Source: Centroscyllium fabricii (taxonomy: Eukaryota). Taken from it: a DNA stretch of 64,000 nucleotides. Each line of letters begins with the position of its first letter. The first letter of the stretch is position 1. The stretch is taken from positions 142,786,001-142,850,000 of the forward strand of contig JBNRSN020000012.1 in assembly GCA_051313645.2 (NCBI GenBank), in the 5' to 3' direction. The translations under genes were made by a program, and so were the position numbers. The notes beneath the pieces were generated by a model. That model saw only the letters and a program-made list of their open reading frames with translations, was not told the DNA's origin and did no database searches. Shown here piece by piece: positions 26,832 to 38,021 of the stretch.

Positions 26832-29796
26832 ACCGTAACTTTAAGTTGTACACCCTCAAGCAGTTGTGCGCCCCAGCCTTACTAGGTCTGGATTTCCAGT
26901 GCCACCTCAAGAGCGTGACAATGGAGTTCGGCGGGACCCTGCCCACCCTCACCGTCAGCAGCCGGGACAGTCCCTTCCCAAAGCGGAGCCCGGCCTACGG
27001 CCTCTCCACCCTGAAAATCGACCCCCCCTCACTGTTCGCCAATCTTGACCCCAACTGCAAGCCTATTGCTACTAAGAGTCGGCGGTATAGTGTGGGGGAT
27101 CGCACGTTTATCAGGTCGGAGGTCGGGCCTATGCTGAAGGAGGGGATAATTGAAGCCAGCACCAGCCCCTGGCGGGCCCAGGTAGTAGTGGTGAAGACTG
27201 GCGAGAAACAGCGGCTGGTTATCGACTACAGCCAGACTATTAACCGCTACACCGGGCTCGACGCCTAACCCCTCCCCACATCTCGGACATGGTCAACCAG
27301 ATCACCCAATACAAGGTGTTCTCCATGATCGACCTTAAGTCGGCGTATCACCAACTCCTGATCCAGAAAGCCGACCGCCCGTACACCGCCTTCGAGGCGA
27401 ACGGTCGGCTCTACCACTTCCTCCGGGTCCCCTTCGGCATGACCAATGGAGTGTCAGTGTTCCAACGGGAGATGGACCGCATGGTTGACCAGAACGGGTT
27501 GCGGGCCACCTTCCCTTACCTGGACAACATGACTATCTGCAGCCATGACCAGCAGGACCACGATGCCAATCTGGCCAAATTCCTTGACACGGCGGAAAGG
27601 CTGGAACTTACGTATAACAAAGACAAATGTGTCTTTAATACAGATCGGCTCGCCATCCTCGGATACGTGGTGGAGAATGGGGTCCTCGGCCCCGACCCAC
27701 AGCGTATGCGCCCCTTACAGGAACTGCCCCTTCCTCACATCCCCAAAGCCTTGAGGAGATGCCTAGGATTTTTCTCCTACTACGCACAATGGGTCCCACA
27801 GTTCGCGGACAACGCTAGACCACTCCTCAAGGCTGCCGTCTTCCCCCTCTCAGTAGAAGCCCAAACGGCATTCGCCCGGATAAAGGAAGACATTATCAAG
27901 GCGACCATGCACGCCGTTGATGAATCCATCCCTTTCCAAGTGGAGAGTGACGCTTCGGACTTTGCCCTTGCTGCCACCCTGAATCAGGCAGGCAGGCCCG
28001 TAGCGTTTTTCTCCCGCACCTTACAGGGACCCGAAATTCGCCACTCTGCAGTGGAAAAGGAGGCCCAGGCCATCGTGGAGGCCGTGCGCTACTGGCGTCA
28101 TTATCTGGCCGGTAAGCGTTTTACCCTACTCACCGACCAACGGTCGGTGGCGTTTATGTTTAATAATAAACAAAAGGGTAAGATCAAGAATGATAAGATC
28201 CTGCGGTGGCGGATCGAGCTCTCGACTTACGAGTACGACATTCTTTACCGACCAGGTAAACTCAATGAACCCCCGGACGCACTGTCCAGGGGAATGTGCG
28301 CCAGTGCCCAGCTAGACCGGCTGAAGGATCTCCACGATCACCTCTGTCACCCGGGTGTCACCAGACTCGCCCACTTCGTTAGATCCCGTAGCCTCCCCTA
28401 CTCCAACACGGAGATCAAGGCTATGACCCGAGAGTGCCCTGTTTGCGCCGAGTGCAAACCCCAATTTTTCCGGCCAGACACGGCGCACCTCATTAAGGCC
28501 ACCCGCCCCTTTGAACGTCTAAGCGTGGACTTCAAAGGCTCCCTCCCCACCACCGACCGCAACTCATACTTCCTCACGGTCGTAGATGAGTTCTCCCGCT
28601 TCCCCTTCGCCTTCCCCTGCCCAGATATGACGAGCGCAACGGTGATAAAACACTTCACCATGCTGTTCGCCATTTTCGGTCTCCCCAGCTACATTCATAG
28701 CGACCGGGGGTCATCGTTCATGAGCGATGAGCTGCGTCAGTTTCTGCTCCAGAAAGGGGTTGCCTCGAGCAGAACGACCAGTTATAACCCCCGGGGGAAC
28801 GGCCAGGTAGAAAGGGAGAATGGGATCATCTGGAAGGCGGTCACCCTGGCTCTGAAGTCCAGAGGCCTTCCAGTGTCCCATTGGCAGGCAGTCCTCCCAG
28901 ACGCGCTGCATTCGATACGCTCTCTGTTATGTACGGCCACCAACGCCACCCCTCATGATTTAACGTTTTCCTTTCCCAGGAAGTCGACTTCGGGGACAGC
29001 TCTTCCTCCATGGCTCACGACGCCGGGGCCGGTCTTCCTTAGAAAACACGTCCGTGGCCATAAGACCGACCCCCTGGTGGACAAGGTGCAGCTCCTGCAT
29101 GCTAACCCACAGTATGCCTACGTGCAGTTCCCGGACGGGCGCGAGGACACCGTCTCCATCAGGGACCTAGCGCCCGCCGGGAGCACCACAGCAGAGCCAC
29201 TGGTCGGGCAGCAGCCCGCCCAGCCCCGGTATCTCGAACACCCCCTGCACCTACAGTGGCCACCGAGGTATCCAGAGCCCCAGCCGTGGCCAGCCCAAGA
29301 CCACCATTCCGATGGCTCGGATCAACCGATACCACCAGCATCTGAAGTTTCGGCACCAGCGCCACTGTCACCACCACCGGACCCGAGAGGGACGGACCAG
29401 AACGAACTTCTGCCAGAGCCCCGGCGGTCCTCCAGACAGACGCGACCGCCGGACAAACTTATAATGAACTGCTCTGTCCATTCACCCCACCGGACTTAAA
29501 TTTTCAAGAAGGGGTGAATGTGGTAACCGTTATTGTACATAGTTTTACCACTACAATATTGTTGCCAATATTGCCTGTATAAGCTAACCATGTTGCAACA
29601 CTGTCGTGGAGCCAGGTCAGCCACACCTCTAACTCCTCCCCCAGGTGAGGCCCTTTATAGGTGAGGACTGACCGGGCTCACTCATTCTGTTCCTGTTTGT
29701 TCGTTCGGAGTATAGCTCCAAAATAAGTCAATAAAAGCCTGTAGTTTAAGGTCACTACTCGTCTTTGACTTTATTGATTAAATTGACGATACGTCA
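26832..29796 (+). mobile_element. Gypsy element (YLDN family) right arm: end of PR, RT, RH, IN and 3' LTR (29519-29796)
   Basis: ORFs 26795-27268 and 27289-29499; PPT at about 29506-29518. Confidence 0.9.
27289..29499 (+). CDS. Gypsy Pol fragment RT-RNase H-integrase (736 aa open)
   Basis: IDLKSAYHQ, PFG, YLDN, SDASD, HHCC zinc finger, DDE core; preceded by a stop and frameshift near 27268. Confidence 0.85.
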   Translation: MVNQITQYKVFSMIDLKSAYHQLLIQKADRPYTAFEANGRLYHFLRVPFGMTNGVSVFQREMDRMVDQNGLRATFPYLDNMTICSHDQQDHDANLAKFLDTAERLELTYNKDKCVFNTDRLAILGYVVENGVLGPDPQRMRPLQELPLPHIPKALRRCLGFFSYYAQWVPQFADNARPLLKAAVFPLSVEAQTAFARIKEDIIKATMHAVDESIPFQVESDASDFALAATLNQAGRPVAFFSRTLQGPEIRHSAVEKEAQAIVEAVRYWRHYLAGKRFTLLTDQRSVAFMFNNKQKGKIKNDKILRWRIELSTYEYDILYRPGKLNEPPDALSRGMCASAQLDRLKDLHDHLCHPGVTRLAHFVRSRSLPYSNTEIKAMTRECPVCAECKPQFFRPDTAHLIKATRPFERLSVDFKGSLPTTDRNSYFLTVVDEFSRFPFAFPCPDMTSATVIKHFTMLFAIFGLPSYIHSDRGSSFMSDELRQFLLQKGVASSRTTSYNPRGNGQVERENGIIWKAVTLALKSRGLPVSHWQAVLPDALHSIRSLLCTATNATPHDLTFSFPRKSTSGTALPPWLTTPGPVFLRKHVRGHKTDPLVDKVQLLHANPQYAYVQFPDGREDTVSIRDLAPAGSTTAEPLVGQQPAQPRYLEHPLHLQWPPRYPEPQPWPAQDHHSDGSDQPIPPASEVSAPAPLSPPPDPRGTDQNELLPEPRRSSRQTRPPDKLIMNCSVHSPHRT

Positions 29797-30607
29797 CCAG
29801 GGTAGCCATCGGGGGGAGAAGGACAGGACAACGAACGTTCTTTCCAGCAGCTCTTGTCTCGGGTTTGTCTGCCTCGGTTTATATCTCCTCGGTCCCATGC
29901 TGACGCCTTGGCCTCTGCCCGTGCCGCCGTCAAAGAAGAAGAAGTTTAAAAATCGGGCAGACACGGACATTTTACAGGCCAGGAGAAGTGAGATGAGTCG
30001 AGTCCAGGATTCACCCATGTTCTTCAACACACGGCGGGTTTCTTTCAAAAAGAACATCACTGTAAGGTGAGATACCCAAGCAGTAGCCATTAGCTTGAGG
30101 TACTTGAACTTGGACAACACCCCTGCAGCACCCGGAGACCACGTGACAACAGCAGACCTGAGAGAGGACCAAGAACGAACCCCAAACCCAGACGTAGTTT
30201 TGAACTGAGCAAAACTCTTTGGATTGGTGAGCATGTTCCTGACCCCTCATGATTCGATCCAGTTAGGTTTAGGAGGTGGGAATAAAGGAGATTAGTAATT
30301 TAGTTGTTTTTCCCTCGATGTGCCATGTGTTTCCCCATTCTTGTTAAGTTTGAATGAATTTATGCCTGTAGTGTAAAGCAGCAGTATTTTTCTCTTTTGT
30401 GTACACCATTATTATCCTTGTTTCTCTTTGGCAATAAAATTTTTAATTAGTTTGCACCAAACCAACTGTCTACACGAGTTTTCTCTGCATCGCTGTCTCT
30501 GCACCTAAGTCCGGTGTCGAGAACCCAGGGGGCAAGAGATTCGAATAGCTCAAGGAGGCAGTCAGAGCGAGCTGACCGACCAAACGTACCTGTGCCAACC
30601 CTCTATA
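29797..30607 (+). repeat. Possible 5'-truncated LTR of an unrelated retroelement
   Basis: CpG-rich block with TATA-like TTTAAAA near 29946 and AATAAA near 30433; no termini or TSD found. Confidence 0.3.
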
Positions 30608-31479
30608 TGGTAAATATTATTGCTGGATTTATGAGAATTAAAGCTGAGCACCACTTTCTGCTACACTCATGTGCTATTCAACTTTGAATTAAAACAATAG
30701 ATAGATTGTTGTGAATTGCAGAACTTGTGGTGCTAATAATAGTTGTTTAGATAGTTTTTGATATAGATGGTCTTTGATAAACGTACACTCTCTGGTCAGT
30801 GTGGAAATCTGTGAGGTGTGAAAATGCTCCTGTTTCACAAGTTGTAAATCTGATCCGCCATGGGCTAGTTACAACACACATCCACCATTCGTCACGCTCA
30901 GGCACATTCATTCCGATTGTCACAGCTCTTCGGATTAACTGAGGATCATGGGAATGGACACATATTTCATCACAGAGAGATTTCACATTCTTGATGAATT
31001 ACTTCTGCCAATAGCTTTAGGAAATTATATTTTCGTTAATGCATGGTGTGGATTAGTGTAAAAAACTCAATAAATTATTTTTTTACAACTCAAAAACATT
31101 CACAGTGTTCAATTTGGCCAAATCTCCTCCAGTTGGTTCCAATAAAAAATATATATGCTGCTTAAATTAAAAACACACACTCTTGAAAACCTCAAGTCCT
31201 TTATAGTTCCCAACACAAACGCCAATGCTCTTTTGATACTGCACAAGGCGGCAGTATTGATTCCATTTTCAACTGTGATACATCCCACACACTCATCCGT
31301 ACAAAGTTAGACAAGGCAAAGTATGTATGAAAAGTGGCTTAGTGACCTATGGCTTAAGGCTTTTCAAACTCTTATTCAGCAGATGCAGAGAAATTCCAGT
31401 CTCCATGAAAGGACTATTATATCCTCAGGTCACATACCAGGAGATTAAGCAAAACCTTATTACTGTAATAAAACTGATT

Positions 31480-31595
31480 GAAATATACATATACAGATAC
31501 ACATACAAATATATACACACAGATACACACACACATGTATGTATACACATACAGGCATATATACACACCCATTATATACACATACGTGTTTGTAT
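31480..31595. repeat. Degenerate (AT/AC)n microsatellite
   Basis: atacatatacagatacacatac... Confidence 0.7.
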
Positions 31596-31760
31596 ATTTG
31601 AATAATTACACAGGTACACAATCCTTTATCCGCAACTCCAAAAACTGAAAAGCTCCAAAAACCGAAGTCCAGGGTTGTGCCAAAATAACCATTTAAGGAA
31701 GTGACCAGCTGCAGCAAAAAAAAAAATTTTTTACCTTGAGTTCGTGCTGTTGATGACGTG

Positions 31761-31880
31761 CTGAGGAAGGAGCAGCACTCCGAAAGCTTGTGATTTCAAA
31801 TAAAACTGTTGGACTATAACCTGGTGTTGTGTGACTTCGTACATTTGTCCAGCCCAGTCCAACACCGGCACCTCCACATC
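31761..31880 (+). mobile_element. Penelope-like pseudo-LTR 3' fragment starting at the hammerhead core
   Basis: Matches 41265-41384, including the 3' extension. Confidence 0.8.
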
Positions 31881-31921
31881 AGGAAAAAAAACGGCCGATC
31901 TCCTGTTCCAAACAGCCGATA

Positions 31922-31997
31922 TGCCTGAAACGTCAACTCTGCTCCTCTCTCCATCAATGCTGCCTGGCCTGCTGAGTTTCTCCAGCATTTTCTGTTA
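31922..31997 (+). mobile_element. Penelope-like family 2 terminal fragment
   Basis: CCTGAAACGTCAACT...GCTGAGTTTCTCCAGCATTTTCTG matches 40141-40212. Confidence 0.7.
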
Positions 31998-33731
31998 TTG
32001 TGGCCGATATGCCATTCCCGCTTGTAGAGCGCGTGCACTCGCGCCACGTGAGCCGAGGCTATGCATCTCCCTGGCAACGATTGTCCCAGCTGCGTGGCCC
32101 ACATCACCAGTCCCGCTCACCACAACCCGCGGTTTCACTTGTGTAATCTTTCCACCAAGGTACGACACGGATATTCCTCCGAATGAATTGTCTATATTCC
32201 CGGGCCCACGGGAGAATCAGTACATAACTCTATGATTCCTCGCTTTGTTTAAAACTAATTGAAAAGGGACCGTCGTTGTATGTTGATAAATGTCATGTTT
32301 GGTAAAGTTATTTTCGTGGATATTTCATATATATTCCGACTGCGAACTGGGCCGCAAACACGGAAATGCGCATGTGCACTGGGCCAACTCTAAAAAACAA
32401 ATTTATCCGAAAACCAATAACCGCCCGGTCCCGAGGTTTTCGGATAAAGGGTTGTGTACCTGCATAAGTATTTTTAATACAAACACATGTATATTTTCAT
32501 TACGCATGGCTTTTGTCCATCACACTTAGACATCACATTTATCCATCTACACATTCGGTGACATGTGTAATATGAAATTTGAGCCAGTCAGATGCATAAC
32601 ATCAACCTCAGCCCTGAGGAAGCAAGCAATGTACTAAATGAACTCAAAAGAAAATATTTAGATAAAATTTCACTGAAAAACTAAGAAAGTATGAGGACAG
32701 TCAATCCAGAATGAACAGTCGGCCAAAGCTACTCATAAATCATGCAAATAAATTAAATTGCTCAAGTTATTTTTCAAAAATTATTTGGTCGCCATCTTAA
32801 TTTTGCAACTTGCTGCTGAAAATAAGGTTGCTACTTAATAAAAACTATCAGAGACCAATGTATCAATTAATCTTTATAAATTCTGGAATACACAAGAGGA
32901 ACACAGCTGTTCTAATTATTTAGACTATGTTTGTTTCTGAAAGAGAACTTAAAGAATGGAAACCTCTGGAAGGATTATTCATTAGGTAAGTTTGGAGGGA
33001 GGTTTGGAAAAAAAAGTTCAAAATGTAACATCTATTTTACATAGAATTACATAGGGCTCGATTTTAGTAGCCTTGAGGAGGTGGGTTTGGAGGCGTGTCG
33101 GCAGCGAAAACTGGAAAAAATAGCGTGGGCTGTGAACCCGCCTCCATCCCGCCAACACATGATTTTCGTGAGTGTCGGGTCAGGCGCTCCAAACTGACCC
33201 GAGGGGAAAGAGTGGGACAGGTAGTTGAGGCAGTTAAGAGCCTGTTAACTGCCTTGCTAATCGTATTTTCATAGTGGTTTCTGCTTTTTGTGCTTCTGGC
33301 TCCTGTTTCCTGTCTTGCCAGAAACAGGCCAGCTGCAAGGAGACAAGTCTCTCGAGGACACGATTTGTTGTCATTGGTGCAGCACTTTAAAAGTGCTCCT
33401 GTAACATGGCTGATATTCAGATACAACAACTTTGTTGTTGGAGGTTTGGTATAAAATTTTGCAAATCCACTGACCTTGAGACTGTTCAAGCTGACACCCA
33501 TCTGCAGTGTGACCTGATTGGAATAATTTCAGGCCACTCTGTGTGCTTGTAAGCTTCTAGCCTCAATTGAAATCTATAGCAACAGGATGGGAACCATTTA
33601 CACCTTCTCATCCTGGTCATCATCATCGGAGCCATGATGCGGAGGTGCCGGTGTTGGACTGGGGTGGACAATTGTAAGAAGTCACACAACACCAGGTTAT
33701 AGTCCAACAGTTTTATTTGAAATCACAAGCT

Positions 33732-35148
33732 TTCAATTCAATTCAATTCAATTCAATTCAATTCACGTTTTATTGTCCTTGCAGAGTACTAGTACAATAC
33801 AACGAGACGAAGACTCGACTCTCCCGAGAGTAGTGCAAATAAAATAAATAAATTACATGCAAATTGCATACAGTAAAGTACATTATCAGGCATGCAGGTG
33901 CCGGAGTTTCTTTTTAGAGTTCAGGAGGCTGACAGCCCTGGGGAAGAAGCTGTTCTGAAATCTAGTCGTGCGGGTGCAAATTGCTCTGTAGCGTCTCCCG
34001 GAGGGCAGGGGGGCGAACAGACTGTGGCTGGGGTGTGTGGGGTCTTTAATAATGTTCAGAGACCTCCGTAAGCAGCGTTTGAGGTAGATGCTTTCCATTG
34101 ACGGTAGCTGTGTACCGGTAATTCGTTGGGCAGTTTTGACTACCCGCTGCAGGGTTTTCCGGTCCGAGATATTGCAATTACCATACCAGACAGTGATGCA
34201 GCTTGTCAGTATGCTTTCTATTGTGCAGCGGTAGAAGTTGGAGAGGATGCCGGATGACAGCCTGGCTTTCTTCAGCTTCCTTAGGAAGTACAGGCGCTGT
34301 TGGGCCTTCTTAACCAGAGAGGAGGTGTTTAGTGACCAGGAGAGATCTTCCGAGATGTGGACCCCGAGGAACTTGAAGCTGGACACCCTTTCCACTTCAG
34401 CCCCTTGGATGAAGATGGGGGTGTGTCTTCTGCTTCCAGTCCTCCGGAAGTCCACTATGATCTCCTTGGTTTTCTTGGTGTTCAGTGCCAGGTTGTTGTC
34501 GGCACACCAACCCACAAGGCGCTGGATCTCATCCCTGTAGGCTGACTCGTCGTTGTTGGTGATCTGGCCAACCACCGTGGTGTCATCCGCGAACTTGATG
34601 ATCGTGTTGGAGCCATGGACAGCCGCACAGTCGTGAGTGAAGAGGGAGTAGAGGAGGGGGCTGAGCACACAGCCTTGTGGGGCCCCTGTGTTCAGGGTAA
34701 GGGGGGGGGAGGTGAGGTTGCCTAACTTCACAGACTGTGGTCTGTTGGTTAGGAAGTCCAGGGTCCAGTTGCAGAGGGAGGTGTTCAGGCCGAGGGTGAG
34801 GAGGTTGGTAGACAATTTGCTGGGGACGATGGTGTTGAATGCTGAGCTGTAGTCAATAAACAGCATTCTGATATATGTATCTTTGCTATCCAGGTGGTTT
34901 AGTGCAGAGTGAAGAGCCGTAGTGATAGCATCCTCTGTAGATCTGTTCCCACGGTAAGCGAACAGGTATTGGTCCAGGGCGGCGGGGATGCTGGCTTTGA
35001 TGTGGGCCAGGACCAGCCGCTCGAAACACTTCATGATAATGGGTGTAAGTGCAACAGGGCGGTAGTCGTTCAGGCACGTCACGGCCGTTTTCTTGGGCAC
35101 AGGGATGATGGTGGCGGTTTTGAAGCAGGTAGGGACAGCTGCTGTCTG
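33732..35148 (-). mobile_element. Rex1/Babar LINE, 5'-truncated, uninterrupted RT ORF
   Basis: ORF 33886-35175: [29 protein letters not shown]; (TTGAA)n tail. Confidence 0.93.
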
Positions 35149-35429
35149 GCGGAGAGTCATCCAGACTCGAATCATCTTGGCTTGTTCTGTGATTTTCAGT
35201 AAGAAAAATCCTTTTTTTTTTTTAAATCATTCTGTGGGATTTTCACAGACATGGGACTGTAACATTTGACCCTTTGTGACTGCACCCTTTGATCTCAGGC
35301 TGACTGATATGTTAGAACACCTTTGATTGCTTTGATGTCTCTCAGCTGAGGTGTGATGTGAAACAGCTGGAGAGACCACATTGTTCTCTCTCTCTATATA
35401 TATGCTATGTTTAAATGAATCTCGTCACT

Positions 35430-35466
35430 TCACCTGAGGAAGGAGCAGCGCTCCGAAAGCTTGTGA
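35430..35466 (+). ncRNA. Minimal type I hammerhead ribozyme motif
   Basis: TCAC-CTGAGGA-A-GGAGC agc GCTCC-GAAA-GC-TT-GTGA. Confidence 0.75.
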
Positions 35467-36909
35467 TTTCAAATAAAACTGTTGGACTATAACCTGGTGT
35501 TGTGTGACTTCTTACAATCATCATCGGAGGAAGAGCAGCCACAGCAGCTCCACAACCAGCCACAACAGCAACACCAGGATCGCCAACCTCCTCCTCACCC
35601 ACCTGATGATGCACAGGGCAGAGGCCCTCAGCACAGGGCTGCACCTTGCTGCAGGAGATGCCCCCAACACAGGGTTTACAGGCCGAGAATCAGCTTCCTC
35701 AGCATGACTGAGCAGCAGTGACAAAGGAGGCTGAGATTTTTACGAGAGGTAGTCGCTGACATCTGCGCAATGCTGCACCAACACCTGGAGCCCAGAGGAA
35801 TGGGTGGACACCCCTTACCAGTGGCTGCCAAAGTCATCACCACACTCAACTTCTTTGCTTCAGGCTCCTTCCAGGGATCAGCTGCAAACATCAGTGGCAT
35901 CTCCCAGTCAGCCTCACACACCTGCATCATGCAGATCACCGATGCCCTCTTTGCAAAGGCGCACAATTACATCCACTTCTCCCCGGATAGCCCAAGTATG
36001 ACCGCATTTGCGATTGGCTTTGCCAATATGGCAGGCTTCCCAAGGGTGTAGGCCATCATAGACTGCACACATGTAACCATTAGGGTCCCCTATCACAACC
36101 CAGCTGTATTTGTCAACCACAAGGAATTCCACTCCCTGAACGTCCAGCTGGTGTGTAACCACAGGAAAATCATCATGTATGTTTGCGCTAAGTACCCTGG
36201 CAGTTGCCATGACTCCTTCATCCTGCAGCAGTCTACTGTGCCTCAGCACTTCCATCCACCAACCCAGCGTTCCGGTGGCTTCTTGGCAACAAGAGCTATC
36301 CCCTGAAAAAAGTGGCTCATGACACCGATGAGGAGGCCATCAAACGAGGATGAGGAATGGTACATTTTCACCAGAAGCATCACCGAGCAAACCATCGGCT
36401 TGCTCAAAATGCGCTTCTGATGCCTGGACAGGTCTGGCAGAGCCTTGCAGTATGCACCAGCCAGGGTGTCCAGAATCATCGTGATCTGCTGTGCCCTGCA
36501 CAACATCGCACAGCAGCACAGCTTAGTGCTGCCGGATGAACAAGTGGCACAGCACACAGCCTCCTCTGAAGAAGAGGAAAAGGACGAGGATGAGGAGGAG
36601 AACAAGGAGGAGGATGAGGAGGACCGAGAGCAATGCCTTGCGGAACCGGATGTGGCCAATCCAGCAGCACGCAACCATATTGCTGGCCATCAGGCAAGGG
36701 ATGCACTCATCCATGCCAGATTTGAGTAAGCTTACGCTTCAACCACAGGTGGCTGGCACATAGAGATGAATATAAGTCCGACATTCTCAAAACTCCAGGC
36801 ATCATCTGTCCAATAAACGGTGATTTGCGCTCAGTGTCACCACCAACATTCTAAGTGGAATTCTCCCTGAGCCCTCACTCTTGAACTTCCATTTCCCAGA
36901 ACACAGAGA

Positions 36910-37150
36910 CCACACTTTAGATGATCTCAGCAGATCATTAAACATTTTTCCACACTGAACCCACATGTGTCTGCACACAGACCTCAAACTCACTTCCTCC
37001 ACAATTTGCAGCCATGCTGCCTTGCTTTGCTGAGGAGGCCTCCTCCTTCTGTTTCCAGGGAAGAGGGCCTCCTGACATCCTATAACTCCCTCCACAAGAA
37101 CATGGAGGGAACCCTCATTGAACCTTGGGTGCAGCCTTAGTTTTTGGGGC
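36910..37150 (-). pseudogene. Harbinger Myb/SANT exon 1 remnant
   Basis: PRFNEGSLHVLVEGV...AAWLQIVEEVS...WVQCGKMFNDL. Confidence 0.8.
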
Positions 37151-37388
37151 TTCCATTCCTGCAGCAGCCAGCAATTTAACAGAAGAAAGCTAATGCATCT
37201 GCAAAGGGGACATGGCCCCTTTAAATCTTCACTGAAACAACACGTCATCAGAGGTGAGAGTCTGACACTCTGCAAGCAATTGCCTGGAGGGACCCACACG
37301 TCGGGGTGGCGGCAACCGCGTAGTGGGTCCGGAAGATGCCGAGCAGCAGGCCCGCTGTCAACCCACCTCCTTCATTAAAATCAAGCCC

Positions 37389-37580
37389 ATAGTCTACAGC
37401 AAGAAAAAGGCCATTTAGCCCAACTGGTCTATGCCGGTGTTTATGCTCTATACGAGCCTCCTCCCGCCCCACTTCATCTCACCCTATCAGCATATCCTCC
37501 TGTTCCTTTCTCCCTCATGTGTTCATCCAGCTCCCCCTTAAATGCACCTATGCTATTCACCTCAACTACTCCTTGTGGTT
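37389..37580 (-). mobile_element. CR1 LINE 3' end; its tail continues at about 33035-33053
   Basis: CR1 3' UTR hairpin region GGCCATTTAGCCC; ATAGAATTAC tail split by the Harbinger. Confidence 0.6.
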
Positions 37581-37721
37581 CGATAATTGAGGTCACAAAG
37601 TACGGGACAATGATATGCACAGTTTATTCCATCAGTAAAATTGCCGTGTACCGCATGAAAGTTGCAAGTCAGCTCTGTGCTCCTTTTCACAAGAAGAACT
37701 ATATCGCACCCCGGCCCACTT

Positions 37722-38021
37722 AATAATAATAATAATAATAATTCAACTTTATTGTCATTATACAATGTACAAGTACATGAACAACGAAATGTGATCTTGC
37801 AAGCTCCCAAGAGTCCAGCAAAGCCGTTGCGTCTGTGCACGCCGCCATTCCATCTTTCCATCATTCCGACAATCTTCAGCCAACCGCCCCTCGCCGGGGC
37901 TCCTTTCGTGACCTTCTGCACCTGGCATTCCCTGGTGGTCGCCCCTCCAAGTATTAACCAGGCCTGGCTCTGCTTAGCTTCCAAGCCTTGCCAGTGACCC
38001 TGTCCCTAGTCCCAGGAACAG
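37722..38021 (-). mobile_element. 5S rRNA-derived SINE (SINE3-type) with Rex1/Babar-like 3' end and (TTA)n tail
   Basis: Minus strand GGAAGCTAAGCAGAGCCAGGCCTGGTTAATACTTGGAGGGGCGACC resembles the 5S A box, IE and C box; 9-bp TSD GGCCCACTT. Confidence 0.85.

Larger units (their letters stand above)
31611..32462. mobile_element. Tc1/mariner (pogo/Tigger-like) MITE
   Basis: TIR CAGGTACACAATCCTTTATCCG / CGGATAAAGGGTTGTGTACCTG, flanked by CA/CA. Confidence 0.8.
33632..35516. mobile_element. Penelope-like insert with inverted pseudo-LTR ends
   Basis: 13-bp TSD ATCATCATCGGAG (33619-33631, 35517-35529); minus pLTR with 3' extension at left, plus pLTR at right. Confidence 0.85.
33587..36729 (+). pseudogene. 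Harbinger transposase, split by a Penelope plus Rex1 insertion (33632-35516)
   Basis: [37 protein letters not shown], acidic tail; homologous to 2674-3821. Confidence 0.85.
33054..37388. mobile_element. PIF/Harbinger transposon 2, internally deleted, inserted in a CR1 3' tail
   Basis: TIR GGGCTCGATTTTA / TAAAATCAAGCCC, 3-bp TSD ATA, transposase (+) and Myb exon 1 (-). Confidence 0.9.

Noticed and set aside
22886-29801. CAAG/CCAG flanks as a TSD for one integration of the whole inverted Gypsy structure
   Set aside because: This family makes 5-bp TSDs (GATAC, ATTAT); the 5-bp flanks match only 3 of 5 and the right flank looks like another truncated repeat
30747-30986. 79-aa ORF in unique sequence
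   Set aside because: No recognisable motif or clear splice context; length expected by chance
35146-35172. CTGGCGGAGAGTCATCCAGACTCGAATC resembling a hammerhead
   Set aside because: Core nucleotides are altered and it spans the Rex1 5' junction, so it cannot be supported as a ribozyme
37905-37990. 5S rRNA gene
   Set aside because: Lacks the 5' part of 5S, is diverged, and sits in a TSD-flanked element with a LINE-like tail, so it is called a SINE
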